DNA of 64,000 bases, taken from NCBI RefSeq assembly GCF_963921235.1, contig NC_086108.1, positions 63,428,001 through 63,492,000 on the forward strand. The letters are read 5' to 3'. The translations under genes were made by a program, and so were the position numbers. The DNA comes from Mobula hypostoma. Taxonomy: Eukaryota. The notes under the pieces were generated by a model, which saw only the letters and a program-made list of their open reading frames with translations, made no database searches and was not told the DNA's origin. This document shows, in pieces, positions 63,491 through 64,000 of the stretch (the first letter of the stretch is position 1; each line of letters starts with the position of its first letter).

Positions 63491-64000
63491 GATCTTGAAA
63501 ATCGATCGAGAAGACAAAACTTACGTCTTATTGGTCTACCCGAGGATGTTGAGGATGGAGACCCTTTGATATTCTTTGCTCAACGTTTAAAGGATACGTT
63601 CAGTTCAGTTTTTCCCAACGAGCCTCCATTACTTGACCGTGCGCACCGTATACCGCGGCCAAAGTCAGCATCGGCTGTATCCAAACCGAGACCAATTATT
63701 CTTCGTTTCCATTATGTTAATGTTAAAGAACAGCTTCTCCAGATTGCTCCTCGGCAAGGGATGATCAATTATCGCCAACATTCCTTCAGGATAGTTCAAG
63801 ATTACAGTCCCGAAGTGATGAAAGAGCGACTGACTTTTAAACCTCTGATGTCGGAATGTTATCAAAAAAATCTCAAACCGGCATTATTGTACCCTGCATG
63901 TCCAAGAATTTCTCTTCCTGATGGATCTCGTCGCATTTTCCATTCCATAACCGCCGCTCGAGGGTTTTTGGAAGATAACTACCCATCTGATACGGACACC
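63491..64000 (+). mobile_element. Second L1 family: ORF1 C-terminal part, open to the window edge, in CYP2 intron 2
   Basis: Manual translation gives DLENRSRRQNLRLIGLPE...LDRAHR...PRPIILRF...KPALLYPA with no stop. It is absent from the ORF track. Confidence 0.9.

Noticed and set aside
1..64000. Prokaryotic systems (CRISPR arrays, retrons, operons)
   Set aside because: The sequence is eukaryotic with spliced genes. All RT ORFs belong to known retrotransposon clades, and no repeat-spacer array is present.

Overview
This is vertebrate genomic DNA, most likely from a cartilaginous fish such as a ray; that assignment is inferred from the repeat complement and not proven. About two-thirds of the window is retroelement-derived. 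Two host genes lie on the + strand. Six 3' coding exons of HOOK1 run from 27321 to 54012 (stop at 54012). Exons 1-2 of a CYP2-family P450 (CYP2J/2N/2P-like by synteny) lie at 59948-62052. The repeats are many nested CR1 LINEs, Rex1/Babar-like LINEs, Penelope-like elements (PLEs) carrying minimal hammerhead ribozymes, two tRNA-derived SINEs, a Tc1 remnant, a Gypsy fragment, a probable solo LTR, an R4/Dong/Rex6-like LINE fragment, and two L1s. Six observations stand out. (1) A young L1 with a 20-bp TSD has an otherwise intact 1258-aa ORF2 interrupted by a 5'-inverted (twin-priming-type) copy of its own family with its own 19-bp TSD. (2) A second 5'-inversion occurs in an RLE-type LINE. (3) TSD-flanked hairpin mini-elements are built from PLE hammerhead ends. 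(4) HOOK1 has a GA donor at a conserved junction and one conserved exon that I could not find. (5) The CYP2 lacks the conserved 'RP' heme-propionate motif. (6) A CR1 3' end is locally duplicated together with its unique flank. All calls were made by eye, repeat boundaries are approximate, and no database searches were run. I found no evidence of a wholly new multi-gene system.
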